Assembly: GCF_900167395.1 (NCBI RefSeq) | Contig: NZ_FUWK01000014.1 | Span: forward strand, 1 to 32,000 | From: Nitrosomonas europaea | GTDB lineage: Bacteria; Pseudomonadota; Gammaproteobacteria; Burkholderiales; Nitrosomonadaceae | DNA length: 32,000 nt | Reading direction: 5' to 3' | Position numbers and translations under genes: made by a program | Notes under the pieces: generated by a model | Database searches by the model: none | What the model saw: only the letters and a program-made list of their open reading frames with translations | Told to the model about the DNA's origin: nothing | In this document: one piece after another, positions 8,726 through 15,830 of the stretch | Numbering within the stretch: the first letter of the stretch is position 1 | How the letters are laid out: every line of letters starts with the position of its first letter

Positions 8726-9568
8726 GTGAACAGACTACAAAGAATTCTTCAGCAAAATCGTCCGCTGATCATGGGCGTAATCAATGTCACGCCCGATTCC
8801 TTTTCCGATGGTGGATATTTCGATACGACCGAAAAAGCAATTGAACAGGCAAGGCGCCTGATTCAGGAAGGGGCCGATATCCTCGATATTGGAGGAGAGT
8901 CTACCCGTCCGGGGAGTCTGTCCGTGGGGGGGGATGAAGAGCTGTTACGGGTGATGCCCGTCATAGAGTTTGCTTTGAGCATGGATATTCCGGTATCCGT
9001 CGATACCTCCAAGCCTGAAGTCATGCGTGCCACAATTGATGCCGGAGTGGATCTCGTCAATGACATCAATGCGTTGCGGGCTCCGGGTGCACTGGATGTC
9101 GTTGCAGACAGTGCAGTCATGATTTGTCTCATGCACATGCAAGGAAAACCGGAAACGATGCAGCACAATCCTCAATATTCCGATGTGGTTGCCGAAGTCA
9201 TATCATTTCTGGAGCAGCGAGTTGCAGCAGCAGTATCAACCGGAATAGAGCGAGAGCGTATCATCATCGACCCTGGTTTTGGTTTCGGCAAGACATTCGA
9301 GCATAATCTCATGCTGCTGCGTGGGCTGGATCGTCTTGTTTCCACGAATTTTCCCGTTCTGGCAGGTCTTTCACGCAAATCCATGCTGGGAACGATCACG
9401 GGTAATGCGGTGAATGACCGTGTCCATGCCAGTGTGGCTGCAGCGCTGTTGGCGGTGGGTCAGGGGGCCCGGATCATCCGGGTACATGACGTCAAAGCGA
9501 CACGTGATGCATTCTCAGTTTTTGCAGCAGTGAATCGTATTGCCCCGGGCTTTCTGCTACATCTGTAA
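8726..9568 (+). CDS. folP: Dihydropteroate synthase
   Basis: 280 aa, GTG start. Motifs IMGVINVTPDSFSDGG, DIGGESTRPG and IIIDPGFGFGK. Confidence 0.95.
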   Translation: MNRLQRILQQNRPLIMGVINVTPDSFSDGGYFDTTEKAIEQARRLIQEGADILDIGGESTRPGSLSVGGDEELLRVMPVIEFALSMDIPVSVDTSKPEVMRATIDAGVDLVNDINALRAPGALDVVADSAVMICLMHMQGKPETMQHNPQYSDVVAEVISFLEQRVAAAVSTGIERERIIIDPGFGFGKTFEHNLMLLRGLDRLVSTNFPVLAGLSRKSMLGTITGNAVNDRVHASVAAALLAVGQGARIIRVHDVKATRDAFSVFAAVNRIAPGFLLHL

Positions 9569-9748
9569 TCCTGTCAGTGACCGGCTGTGATGATAGTCAC
9601 TTCCGGATTGTCATAATTGTGTCAAAGTTGGCGATTAACCGGCGTTTGGCTGGTTGCCGGCGGAGCATTATGTTTGTGGAATGCGGATATTGATTTTGCA
9701 AACCCGATCAGGGCATATTCAGGTATTCATCGAGAAAACAATATTGAA

Positions 9749-11125
9749 ATGAAGAAAAAATATTTTGGTACGGATGGCATTCGCGGGAAGGTGGGAGATT
9801 TTCCGATCACACCGGATTTCTTTCTGCGTCTGGGGTACGCTGTCGGCAAGGTGTTGCTGGCTTCTGACCGGCAACTGGCTGCGGATAAACGACCAACAGT
9901 GCTGATAGGCAAAGATACGCGGATATCGGGCTATATGCTGGAATCCGCACTGGAAGCCGGTTTCTCGGCAGCAGGCGTGGATGTGCTGCTGTCCGGGCCA
10001 TTGCCGACACCGGCAGTGGCTTATCTCGTCCGGGCGTTGCGTATCCAGGCAGGTGCAGTCATTTCTGCTTCACACAATCCGTTTGATGATAATGGCATCA
10101 AGTTTTTTTCTTCTGCAGGCTCAAAATTGCCAGATAGCATGGAGCTTCAGATCGAGGCTGAACTGGATCAGCCCATGAAAACGACACCTTCCATCAAATT
10201 GGGCAGGGTACAACGTCTCAGAGATGCCGCCGGCAGGTATATCGAATTCTGCAAAAGTACTTTTCCCAATCAGCTCGATTTGCGGGGGCTGCGCATCGTA
10301 GTCGATTGTGCCAATGGCGCGGACTACCATATTGCCGGGCATGTCATGCATGAACTGGGGGCCGATGTGATAACGACCCATGCCAGCCCGGATGGCTTCA
10401 ACATCAATTACGAATGTGGAGCGACTCATATCGAGACACTTCAGGGTTCAATCCTGCAGCATAAGGCTGATATCGGAATTGCCGTGGATGGTGATGGTGA
10501 CCGGGTACTGATGGTCAGCAGGGAAGGGGTGCTGTACGATGGCGACAGCCTGGCTTACATCATTGCCAAACACCGGCAACAGCTTGGTGAGCTGCAAGGC
10601 GGGGTGGCCGGAACACTCATGACCAATCTGGCGGTCGAGCAGGCTTTCGAGCGACTCGGGATTCCATTTGCCCGGGCAAATGTCGGAGATCGCTATGTTT
10701 CCGAGCTGCTGCAGCAAAACGACTGGTATCTGGGCGCCGAGAATTCCGGCCATATCATCTGCCGGGACAAACACACGACGGGGGATGGCATTATTTCAGC
10801 CCTCCAGGTTTTATATGCATTGCGTGATACCGGCCTGACACTGGCTGATTTTATGCGTGATGTTCCCTTTTTCCCTCAACGTCTGATCAATGTAAAGGTT
10901 TCCGGAAATTTTGATTTCCGCAGCAACCCGGCGGTTGCAGCCTGCAAAAATGAAGCGGAACAGGCGCTGGGAAACGATGGACGTATTCTCCTGCGCGCTT
11001 CCGGAACGGAGCCGCTGATCAGGGTCATGGTGGAAGGAAAAGTACTGCAACAGACCGATTACTGGGCAGAAAAAATTGCTGAAACGATTCGCCAGCAGGC
11101 AGCTTCTTCGATGACCGGAAGCTGA
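9749..11125 (+). CDS. glmM: Phosphoglucosamine mutase
   Basis: Start moved to ATG 9749 (MKKKYFGTDGIRG, the canonical GlmM N-terminus). Phosphoserine loop SASHNPFDDNGIKFF and metal site DGDGDR. The track ORF from TTG 9617 adds 44 non-homologous residues. Confidence 0.95.
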   Translation: MKKKYFGTDGIRGKVGDFPITPDFFLRLGYAVGKVLLASDRQLAADKRPTVLIGKDTRISGYMLESALEAGFSAAGVDVLLSGPLPTPAVAYLVRALRIQAGAVISASHNPFDDNGIKFFSSAGSKLPDSMELQIEAELDQPMKTTPSIKLGRVQRLRDAAGRYIEFCKSTFPNQLDLRGLRIVVDCANGADYHIAGHVMHELGADVITTHASPDGFNINYECGATHIETLQGSILQHKADIGIAVDGDGDRVLMVSREGVLYDGDSLAYIIAKHRQQLGELQGGVAGTLMTNLAVEQAFERLGIPFARANVGDRYVSELLQQNDWYLGAENSGHIICRDKHTTGDGIISALQVLYALRDTGLTLADFMRDVPFFPQRLINVKVSGNFDFRSNPAVAACKNEAEQALGNDGRILLRASGTEPLIRVMVEGKVLQQTDYWAEKIAETIRQQAASSMTGS

Positions 11126-11168
11126 GTTACCATCGCAAATCTGTAATATCCTCTGTTTATTCTTATTG

Positions 11169-11195
11169 CGTACCTGATGACAGTCATCAGGTACG
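11169..11195. repeat. Perfect 27-bp palindrome (13-1-13) between glmM and pstS
   Basis: CGTACCTGATGAC-A-GTCATCAGGTACG. There is no flanking T-run on either strand. Confidence 0.8.
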
Positions 11196-11248
11196 AGTTG
11201 CCATCAGTCGTCATTACCAAATAATTCTTGAAAAACAGAGAGGTTATC

Positions 11249-12262
11249 ATGCAACAATCTTTACTGAGATTCGATACCGGATTTCTGGTCGCAATCCTTG
11301 GTTTTGCTCTCCTGAGCGGAATCGGCACGATGGTTCAAGCCAGACCGCTGGTGAAAATCAGTGGTTCGAGTACGGTCTTTCCAATTACAGAGGCTGTTTC
11401 AGAAGATTTCCAGGCTGCCAAGAAAGGAGCCATTATGGTCACTGCCGGTATCGCCGGCACGGGTGGGGGATTCAAGAAATTCTGCCGGGATGAAGTCGAT
11501 ATCGTGAATGCTTCCCGTCCGATCCTGTCCTCTGAAATGGAGCAATGCCGGCAGAATGGTGTGCAGTACATCGAAATGCCAATTGCTTTCGACGCTTTGA
11601 CGGTGGTGGTCAATCCTGGAAATGACTGGATCAAGTCCATGACAGTGGCCGAATTGAAAAAAATCTGGGAGCCGGCAGCACAGGAAAAAATACTCAACTG
11701 GAACCAGGTCAACCCGGCCTGGCCCAATGCCAGAATCAAACTGTTCGGTGCCGGAGCGGACTCAGGGACATTCGACTATTTCACCGAGGCCGTGGTCGGC
11801 AAGGCAAAATCCAGTCGTGGAGATTTTACGGCTTCGGAGGATGACAATGTACTCGTGCAGGGGGTGGCGAGTGATTTGAATGCATTGGGTTTCTTTGGCT
11901 TTGCCTACTACATCGAAAATCATAAAAAACTGAAAGCCGTGGCAATTGATAATGGTTCAGGTGGCATTCTGCCTTCCATGCTTACGGTCCAGAATGGAAG
12001 TTACCAGCCGTTATCGCGTCCCCTCTTTATCTATGTGAATGCAAGATCGGCGGGTAAGCCTGAAGTCAGGGAATTTGTCATCTTTTACATGCAACATGCG
12101 CAGCAACTGGTTGAGGAAGTGAGATATTTTCCATTGAAAAAAGAGTTCTACGATTTCAACCTCAAACATCTTCAGAACAAGACACTCGGTACGGTATTCG
12201 GTGGTGAAGCTGGCATGGGGATATCCATCGAGGATCTGTACAAGCGGGAAAGAGTTCAATAA
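11249..12262 (+). CDS. pstS: PstS-family phosphate-binding periplasmic protein (solitary, no pstCAB adjacent)
   Basis: Start at ATG 11249 with SD AGAGAGG. Signal peptide present. ISGSSTVFPITEA, GTGGGFKKF and FGAGADSGTFDYFTE are typical of PstS/PhoT-type binding proteins. Confidence 0.8.
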   Translation: MQQSLLRFDTGFLVAILGFALLSGIGTMVQARPLVKISGSSTVFPITEAVSEDFQAAKKGAIMVTAGIAGTGGGFKKFCRDEVDIVNASRPILSSEMEQCRQNGVQYIEMPIAFDALTVVVNPGNDWIKSMTVAELKKIWEPAAQEKILNWNQVNPAWPNARIKLFGAGADSGTFDYFTEAVVGKAKSSRGDFTASEDDNVLVQGVASDLNALGFFGFAYYIENHKKLKAVAIDNGSGGILPSMLTVQNGSYQPLSRPLFIYVNARSAGKPEVREFVIFYMQHAQQLVEEVRYFPLKKEFYDFNLKHLQNKTLGTVFGGEAGMGISIEDLYKRERVQ

Positions 12263-12429
12263 CCGGCAGGCGATTCCAAATAAGGTTGTGATTACAGATA
12301 CGGAATGATACACGTGTACCGGTAGAGATTCGCCTGGTCCGGCCGTGTATCATGAGGTCATTGCATCATTCTGGTAACATTTTCAACGGATCCAACGATT
12401 CCTTGCTTGTTAAGTTCCGTTGCCTGTAT

Positions 12430-13857
12430 ATGGATTATTTACCTGTTTTTCTCAACATCAAACAGCGTGACTGCCTGGTTGTGGGCGGCGGGGAGATTGC
12501 CGTTCGCAAAATCAGGCTGTTGCTGCGGGCACATGCACGTATCCATGTGGTATCTCCTGCCATCAGCGAGGAGCTGAGTAATCTGCTGCTGCAATCACCT
12601 GTGATCACCCATACTGCTGAATCTTTCCGGCCGGATCATTTGCAGGATAGGGCGCTGGCCATTGCTGCCACCAATGATCATGAAGTGAATCGGGCGGTCT
12701 CCGCTGCCGCCAGGAAAGCGGGCATTCCGGTAAATGTCGTAGATAATCCGGATTTATGTACCTTCATCATGCCGTCTATTCTCGACCGTTCTCCGATCAT
12801 CGTTGCGGTTTCAAGTGGTGGTACTTCTCCGATATTGGCGAGGCTGTTACGTTCGCGGCTGGAAGCGCTGATTCCTTCTGCCTATGGTCGGCTGGCCGAG
12901 TATGCCGCACGGTTTCGTGACAAGGTCAGACAGCGTTTTATCCATCAGGAGAATCGTCGTTTTTTCTGGGAGAGAATGCTGCAGGGGCCGTTTGCAGAAA
13001 TGGTTTTCGCCGGCAGAGATCAGGCCGCACAGGATTATCTGTCAGAAGCGTTGGAAAACAGTACCGATCAGTTTCCGACCGGAGAAGTTTATCTGGTGGG
13101 TGCAGGCCCGGGTGATCCCGATTTGCTTACTTTCCGGGCCATGCGCCTGATGCAGCAGGCGGATGTGGTCATTTATGACCGGCTGGTTTCTCCCGCCATT
13201 CTCGATATGGTCAGACAGGATGCAACGCGCATCTATGTTGGAAAAGTGCGTAATCAGCATACCCTGCCGCAGACATCGATCAATGAACTGCTGGTAAAGC
13301 TCGCCCAGGAGGGTAAACACGTTCTGCGCCTGAAAGGAGGAGATCCCTTTATTTTCGGGCGAGGGGGTGAGGAAATCGAAACCCTGTCGCAACACCACAT
13401 TCCGTTTCAGGTGGTTCCCGGGATCACGGCGGCTTCAGGCGTGGCCAGTTATGCAGGGATTCCCCTGACCCACCGTGATCATGCACAATCCTGTGTCTTT
13501 GTGACGGGACATCTGAAAGACAACACCATACAGCTCGACTGGCCGGCGCTGGCGCGGCCAAATCAGACCATCGTCGTCTATATGGGGCTGCTGGGGGTCA
13601 CCGAACTATGCCGGCAACTGATTGCTCATGGTCTGCAGGCAACCACACCGGCTGCGATCGTTCAGCAGGGTACGACCCCCAACCAGCGCGTGCTGACAGG
13701 TACGCTGGAAACGTTACCGGACATCATTCAGCAGAATCCACTGAAACCTCCCACACTGATCATCGTGGGAAACGTCGTCAAGCTTCATCAAAAACTCGCC
13801 TGGTTCAATTCAACTTCGGAACCCATGGGCACATCTTCCGGGCCGGGATACCCTTAA
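12430..13857 (+). CDS. cysG: Siroheme synthase (uroporphyrinogen-III C-methyltransferase / precorrin-2 dehydrogenase / ferrochelatase)
   Basis: Start at ATG 12430 (MDYLPVFLNIKQRDCLVVGGGEIAVRK, the NAD-binding N-terminus). The C-terminal half carries SUMT motifs VGAGPGDPDLLT and LKGGDPFIFGRGGEE. 475 aa. Confidence 0.93.
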   Translation: MDYLPVFLNIKQRDCLVVGGGEIAVRKIRLLLRAHARIHVVSPAISEELSNLLLQSPVITHTAESFRPDHLQDRALAIAATNDHEVNRAVSAAARKAGIPVNVVDNPDLCTFIMPSILDRSPIIVAVSSGGTSPILARLLRSRLEALIPSAYGRLAEYAARFRDKVRQRFIHQENRRFFWERMLQGPFAEMVFAGRDQAAQDYLSEALENSTDQFPTGEVYLVGAGPGDPDLLTFRAMRLMQQADVVIYDRLVSPAILDMVRQDATRIYVGKVRNQHTLPQTSINELLVKLAQEGKHVLRLKGGDPFIFGRGGEEIETLSQHHIPFQVVPGITAASGVASYAGIPLTHRDHAQSCVFVTGHLKDNTIQLDWPALARPNQTIVVYMGLLGVTELCRQLIAHGLQATTPAAIVQQGTTPNQRVLTGTLETLPDIIQQNPLKPPTLIIVGNVVKLHQKLAWFNSTSEPMGTSSGPGYP

Positions 13858-13922
13858 TTCCAATTTGCACGCCGGTCGGATGACCGGACGTTCAGCCGTT
13901 TCGAACGCGGTAAATCACCCCC

Positions 13923-13968
13923 TGCGACAATTTGTCGCATTTTCAGCCGGCCAATTTGTGAAGATAAT
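13923..13968 (+). promoter_or_regulatory. Operator-promoter module, copy 1, upstream of FecI-like sigma gene 1
   Basis: Perfect 8-1-8 palindrome TGCGACAATTTGTCGCA (13923-13939). It is followed by TTTTCA (-35-like, 13940-13945), a 17-nt spacer and GATAAT (13963-13968). The same architecture recurs at 27466 and, on the minus strand, at 31644. Confidence 0.6.
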
Positions 13969-14025
13969 CTGCACATCGCAATGTGTGCTGATTGTTTCAG
14001 ATTCTATTTCTCAAAGGCCATTTCC

Positions 14026-14571
14026 ATGCAGGAATCCTCTGCCGCCGATACGGGGACGGCGGTCATCGATGCGTTGTATCGCGAACATCATCGCTGGTTG
14101 CTTATGTGGCTCAGAAAAAAACTGGGTTGTCCGCAGAATGCTGCCGATCTCTCGCACGATACTTTCGTTCGATTGCTCTCGTTGCAGGAAATGCCTGTAC
14201 TGCGAGAACCGCGTGCCTACCTGCTGGTAACGGCCAATCGGCTGATGATCAACCTCAACCGGAAGCATAAAGTCGAGGCGGAAACCCTGCACAGCATTGC
14301 TGCACTGCTTTCAGAACGCACAGAGCAGGATGTCGCTCATGTTGCTGCAGTACGTCAACTGCTCGAAGCGACCGTGCTGATGCTGATCGATGGACTGGAT
14401 GAGCGATCACGCCAGGCTTTCCTGCTGGCGCGCGTCGAGGATATGACCTATGCGGAAATTGCTGAAACGATGCAAGTCTCGATCAGTCGGGTCAAGCAAT
14501 ATCTCGTCAAAGCACTCGCCTACTGCCATGTTCACCTGCATCAGCTCAAGGAAGATGTATGTCTGAAGTAA
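14026..14571 (+). CDS. fecI: ECF sigma factor, FecI-like (iron-starvation group)
   Basis: 181 aa from ATG 14026, collinear with E. coli FecI as recalled. Region 2 is ALYREHHRWLLMWLRKKLGCPQNAADLSHDTFVRLL; the region 4 HTH is MTYAEIAETMQVSISRVKQYLVKA. Confidence 0.9.
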   Translation: MQESSAADTGTAVIDALYREHHRWLLMWLRKKLGCPQNAADLSHDTFVRLLSLQEMPVLREPRAYLLVTANRLMINLNRKHKVEAETLHSIAALLSERTEQDVAHVAAVRQLLEATVLMLIDGLDERSRQAFLLARVEDMTYAEIAETMQVSISRVKQYLVKALAYCHVHLHQLKEDVCLK

Positions 14572-15485
14572 CGGATCACCATACCGTTTCCCTGAGTGAA
14601 CAGGCGGCCGAGTGGGTCGTGCGGCTGTCGGACAGCCAAATCAGCACCGCACAGCAGGCTGATTTCGAAGCCTGGCTGGCGCAGGATATCAGGCATCGTG
14701 AAGCCTACGAACAGATCAGTCGCCTCTGGCAAAGCGTCACGCCGCAACGGCGCAGAAAGCACCGACCAGCCGGGTTGCTGGCCAGTATCGTACTGGTACT
14801 GATTGGTATTTACTGCCTGCCGTTATCGACGTGGCTGGCAGATGAACGAACGGCAACGGGAGAAATTCGCCAGGTGGCATTGCCTGACGGCAGTACCATC
14901 ACGCTGGATAGCGATTCTGCAGCCGATGTCGTCTTCGATACTCACGCACGCCGCATCATTCTGCATCGCGGCCGCATATTTGCGGCAGTGGTTCCGGATG
15001 CAGCAGAGCAGGGTGCTCATCACCGGCCCTTCATCATCGAAAACCGTGATGGAACTGCCCAGGCACTGGGTACCCGTTACATTGTTGAGCAGACCGGCGA
15101 TCACAGCCGGGTCAGCGTCGTGGAGTCGAGTGTCAATGTAACCAGCCGTGACCGGCCGGATCAGTCCATTACCGTGTACAGCGGTCAGAGTATACGTTTC
15201 GACAGTGAGCAGATCCATGGCCAGGAACCGATCCCGCCCGCTGCAGCGAGCTGGGTGCAGAGCAGGCTGGTTTACCGCAATGCGCCACTCAGCCAGGTGA
15301 TCGATGATCTGGCCAGATATCGGACCGGTTTTTTGAGAATCAGCGGGGCCGCTGCACAGCTTCGCTTTACGGGTGTGCTGCCAGCTGATGACCCCGATAC
15401 TGCACTCAAGATTTTGCAGCATGCCCTGCCAATCGGCATCGATCGCTACACCCGGGTACTGATCTGGATCAACCTGCAAACCTGA
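14559..15485 (+). CDS. fecR: FecR-like transmembrane anti-sigma factor / signal transducer
   Basis: 308 aa, overlapping the fecI stop by 13 nt. N-terminal anti-sigma domain (AAEWVVRLSD...FEAWLAQD..HREAY), one TM helix (LLASIVLVLIGIYCL), and a periplasmic FecR domain plus a C-terminal domain. Confidence 0.9.
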   Translation: MSEVTDHHTVSLSEQAAEWVVRLSDSQISTAQQADFEAWLAQDIRHREAYEQISRLWQSVTPQRRRKHRPAGLLASIVLVLIGIYCLPLSTWLADERTATGEIRQVALPDGSTITLDSDSAADVVFDTHARRIILHRGRIFAAVVPDAAEQGAHHRPFIIENRDGTAQALGTRYIVEQTGDHSRVSVVESSVNVTSRDRPDQSITVYSGQSIRFDSEQIHGQEPIPPAAASWVQSRLVYRNAPLSQVIDDLARYRTGFLRISGAAAQLRFTGVLPADDPDTALKILQHALPIGIDRYTRVLIWINLQT

Positions 15486-15495
15486 TCGCCGTCGT

Positions 15496-15640
15496 GCGAT
15501 TACTCCCCTCTTGGAGGAGCAATTCCTCTTCTAATCTGTCCCCGCCCGGCTGCAGCAGGAAAGCAGTTGTTGCGCGATTACTTCCTCCCGGAGGAGCAAT
15601 TCCTCCTCTAACCCGCCACCCGGTCGGCTGCAGTAAAAGC
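15496..15640. repeat. Two tandem copies (period 78 bp, about 80% identical by eye) of a hairpin-containing element
   Basis: Copy A (15496-15564) is GCGATTACTCCCCTCTTGGAGGAGCAATTCCTCTTCTAA...GGCTGCAGCAGGAAAGC. Copy B (15574-15640) is GCGATTACTTCCTCCCGGAGGAGCAATTCCTCCTCTAA...GGCTGCAGTAAAAGC. Each contains a GAGGAG-CAATTC-CTC(C/T)TC hairpin. Confidence 0.8.
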
Positions 15641-15659
15641 GTAGTCGGCCGGGTGTTTT
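15619..15659 (+). terminator. Probable intrinsic terminator of the fecI-fecR transcript
   Basis: CCCGGTCGGCT (15619-15629) pairs with AGTCGGCCGGG (15643-15653), an 11-bp stem including two G-U pairs. It is followed by TGTTTT. Confidence 0.45.
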
Positions 15660-15830
15660 GCCAGAGATCGGCTGAAATATAACCTATGTGCCACTTCCTG
15701 CTTTCTGGATCGCCACGTGATTGACAGTGGTGAATTTAAAAATCATGTAATCAGCACTGCCCGGTTTTCCGGCTCGTGTCTCATGGATAACAGAAGCACA
15801 TTTTTTACCGACCAGACACAGGGAGTTTTC

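Noticed and set aside
9617-9748. N-terminal extensions suggested by the ORF track for glmM (9617), pstS (11228), cysG (12352), fecI (13981), the TonB receptor (15717), the BNR protein (18326), PepSY (19933) and HupE (30610)
   Set aside because: In each case an internal ATG gives the canonical family N-terminus or a proper signal peptide and is preceded by an SD-like sequence. The extensions have no homology-like features and several start at TTG/GTG.
11176-11215. Pho box upstream of pstS
   Set aside because: CTGTCAT-like heptamers occur (CAGTCAT at 11181, CAGTCGT at 11205, and an exact CTGTCAT on the minus strand). They are 24 bp apart or inverted, not the 11-bp-phased direct repeats of a PhoB site.
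12307-12351. GATACACG...CGTGTATC 8-bp inverted repeat between pstS and cysG as a terminator
   Set aside because: It has a 29-nt loop and no U-tract, and it lies within the discarded upstream extension of the cysG ORF. Evidence is insufficient for any call.
13940-14025. Classical Fur box upstream of the fecI-like genes
   Set aside because: The best candidate, GATAATCTGCACATCGCAA, matches GATAATGATAATCATTATC at only 7 of 19 positions. No better match was seen before 27547 either. Hence the focus on the novel 17-bp dyad.
15494-15682. 62-aa plus-strand ORF with internally repeated peptide (RLLPSW.../RLLPPG...)
   Set aside because: The peptide repeat simply mirrors the 78-bp DNA tandem repeat. 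It has no SD, is Ser/Pro/Arg-rich, and sits over a terminator-like hairpin.
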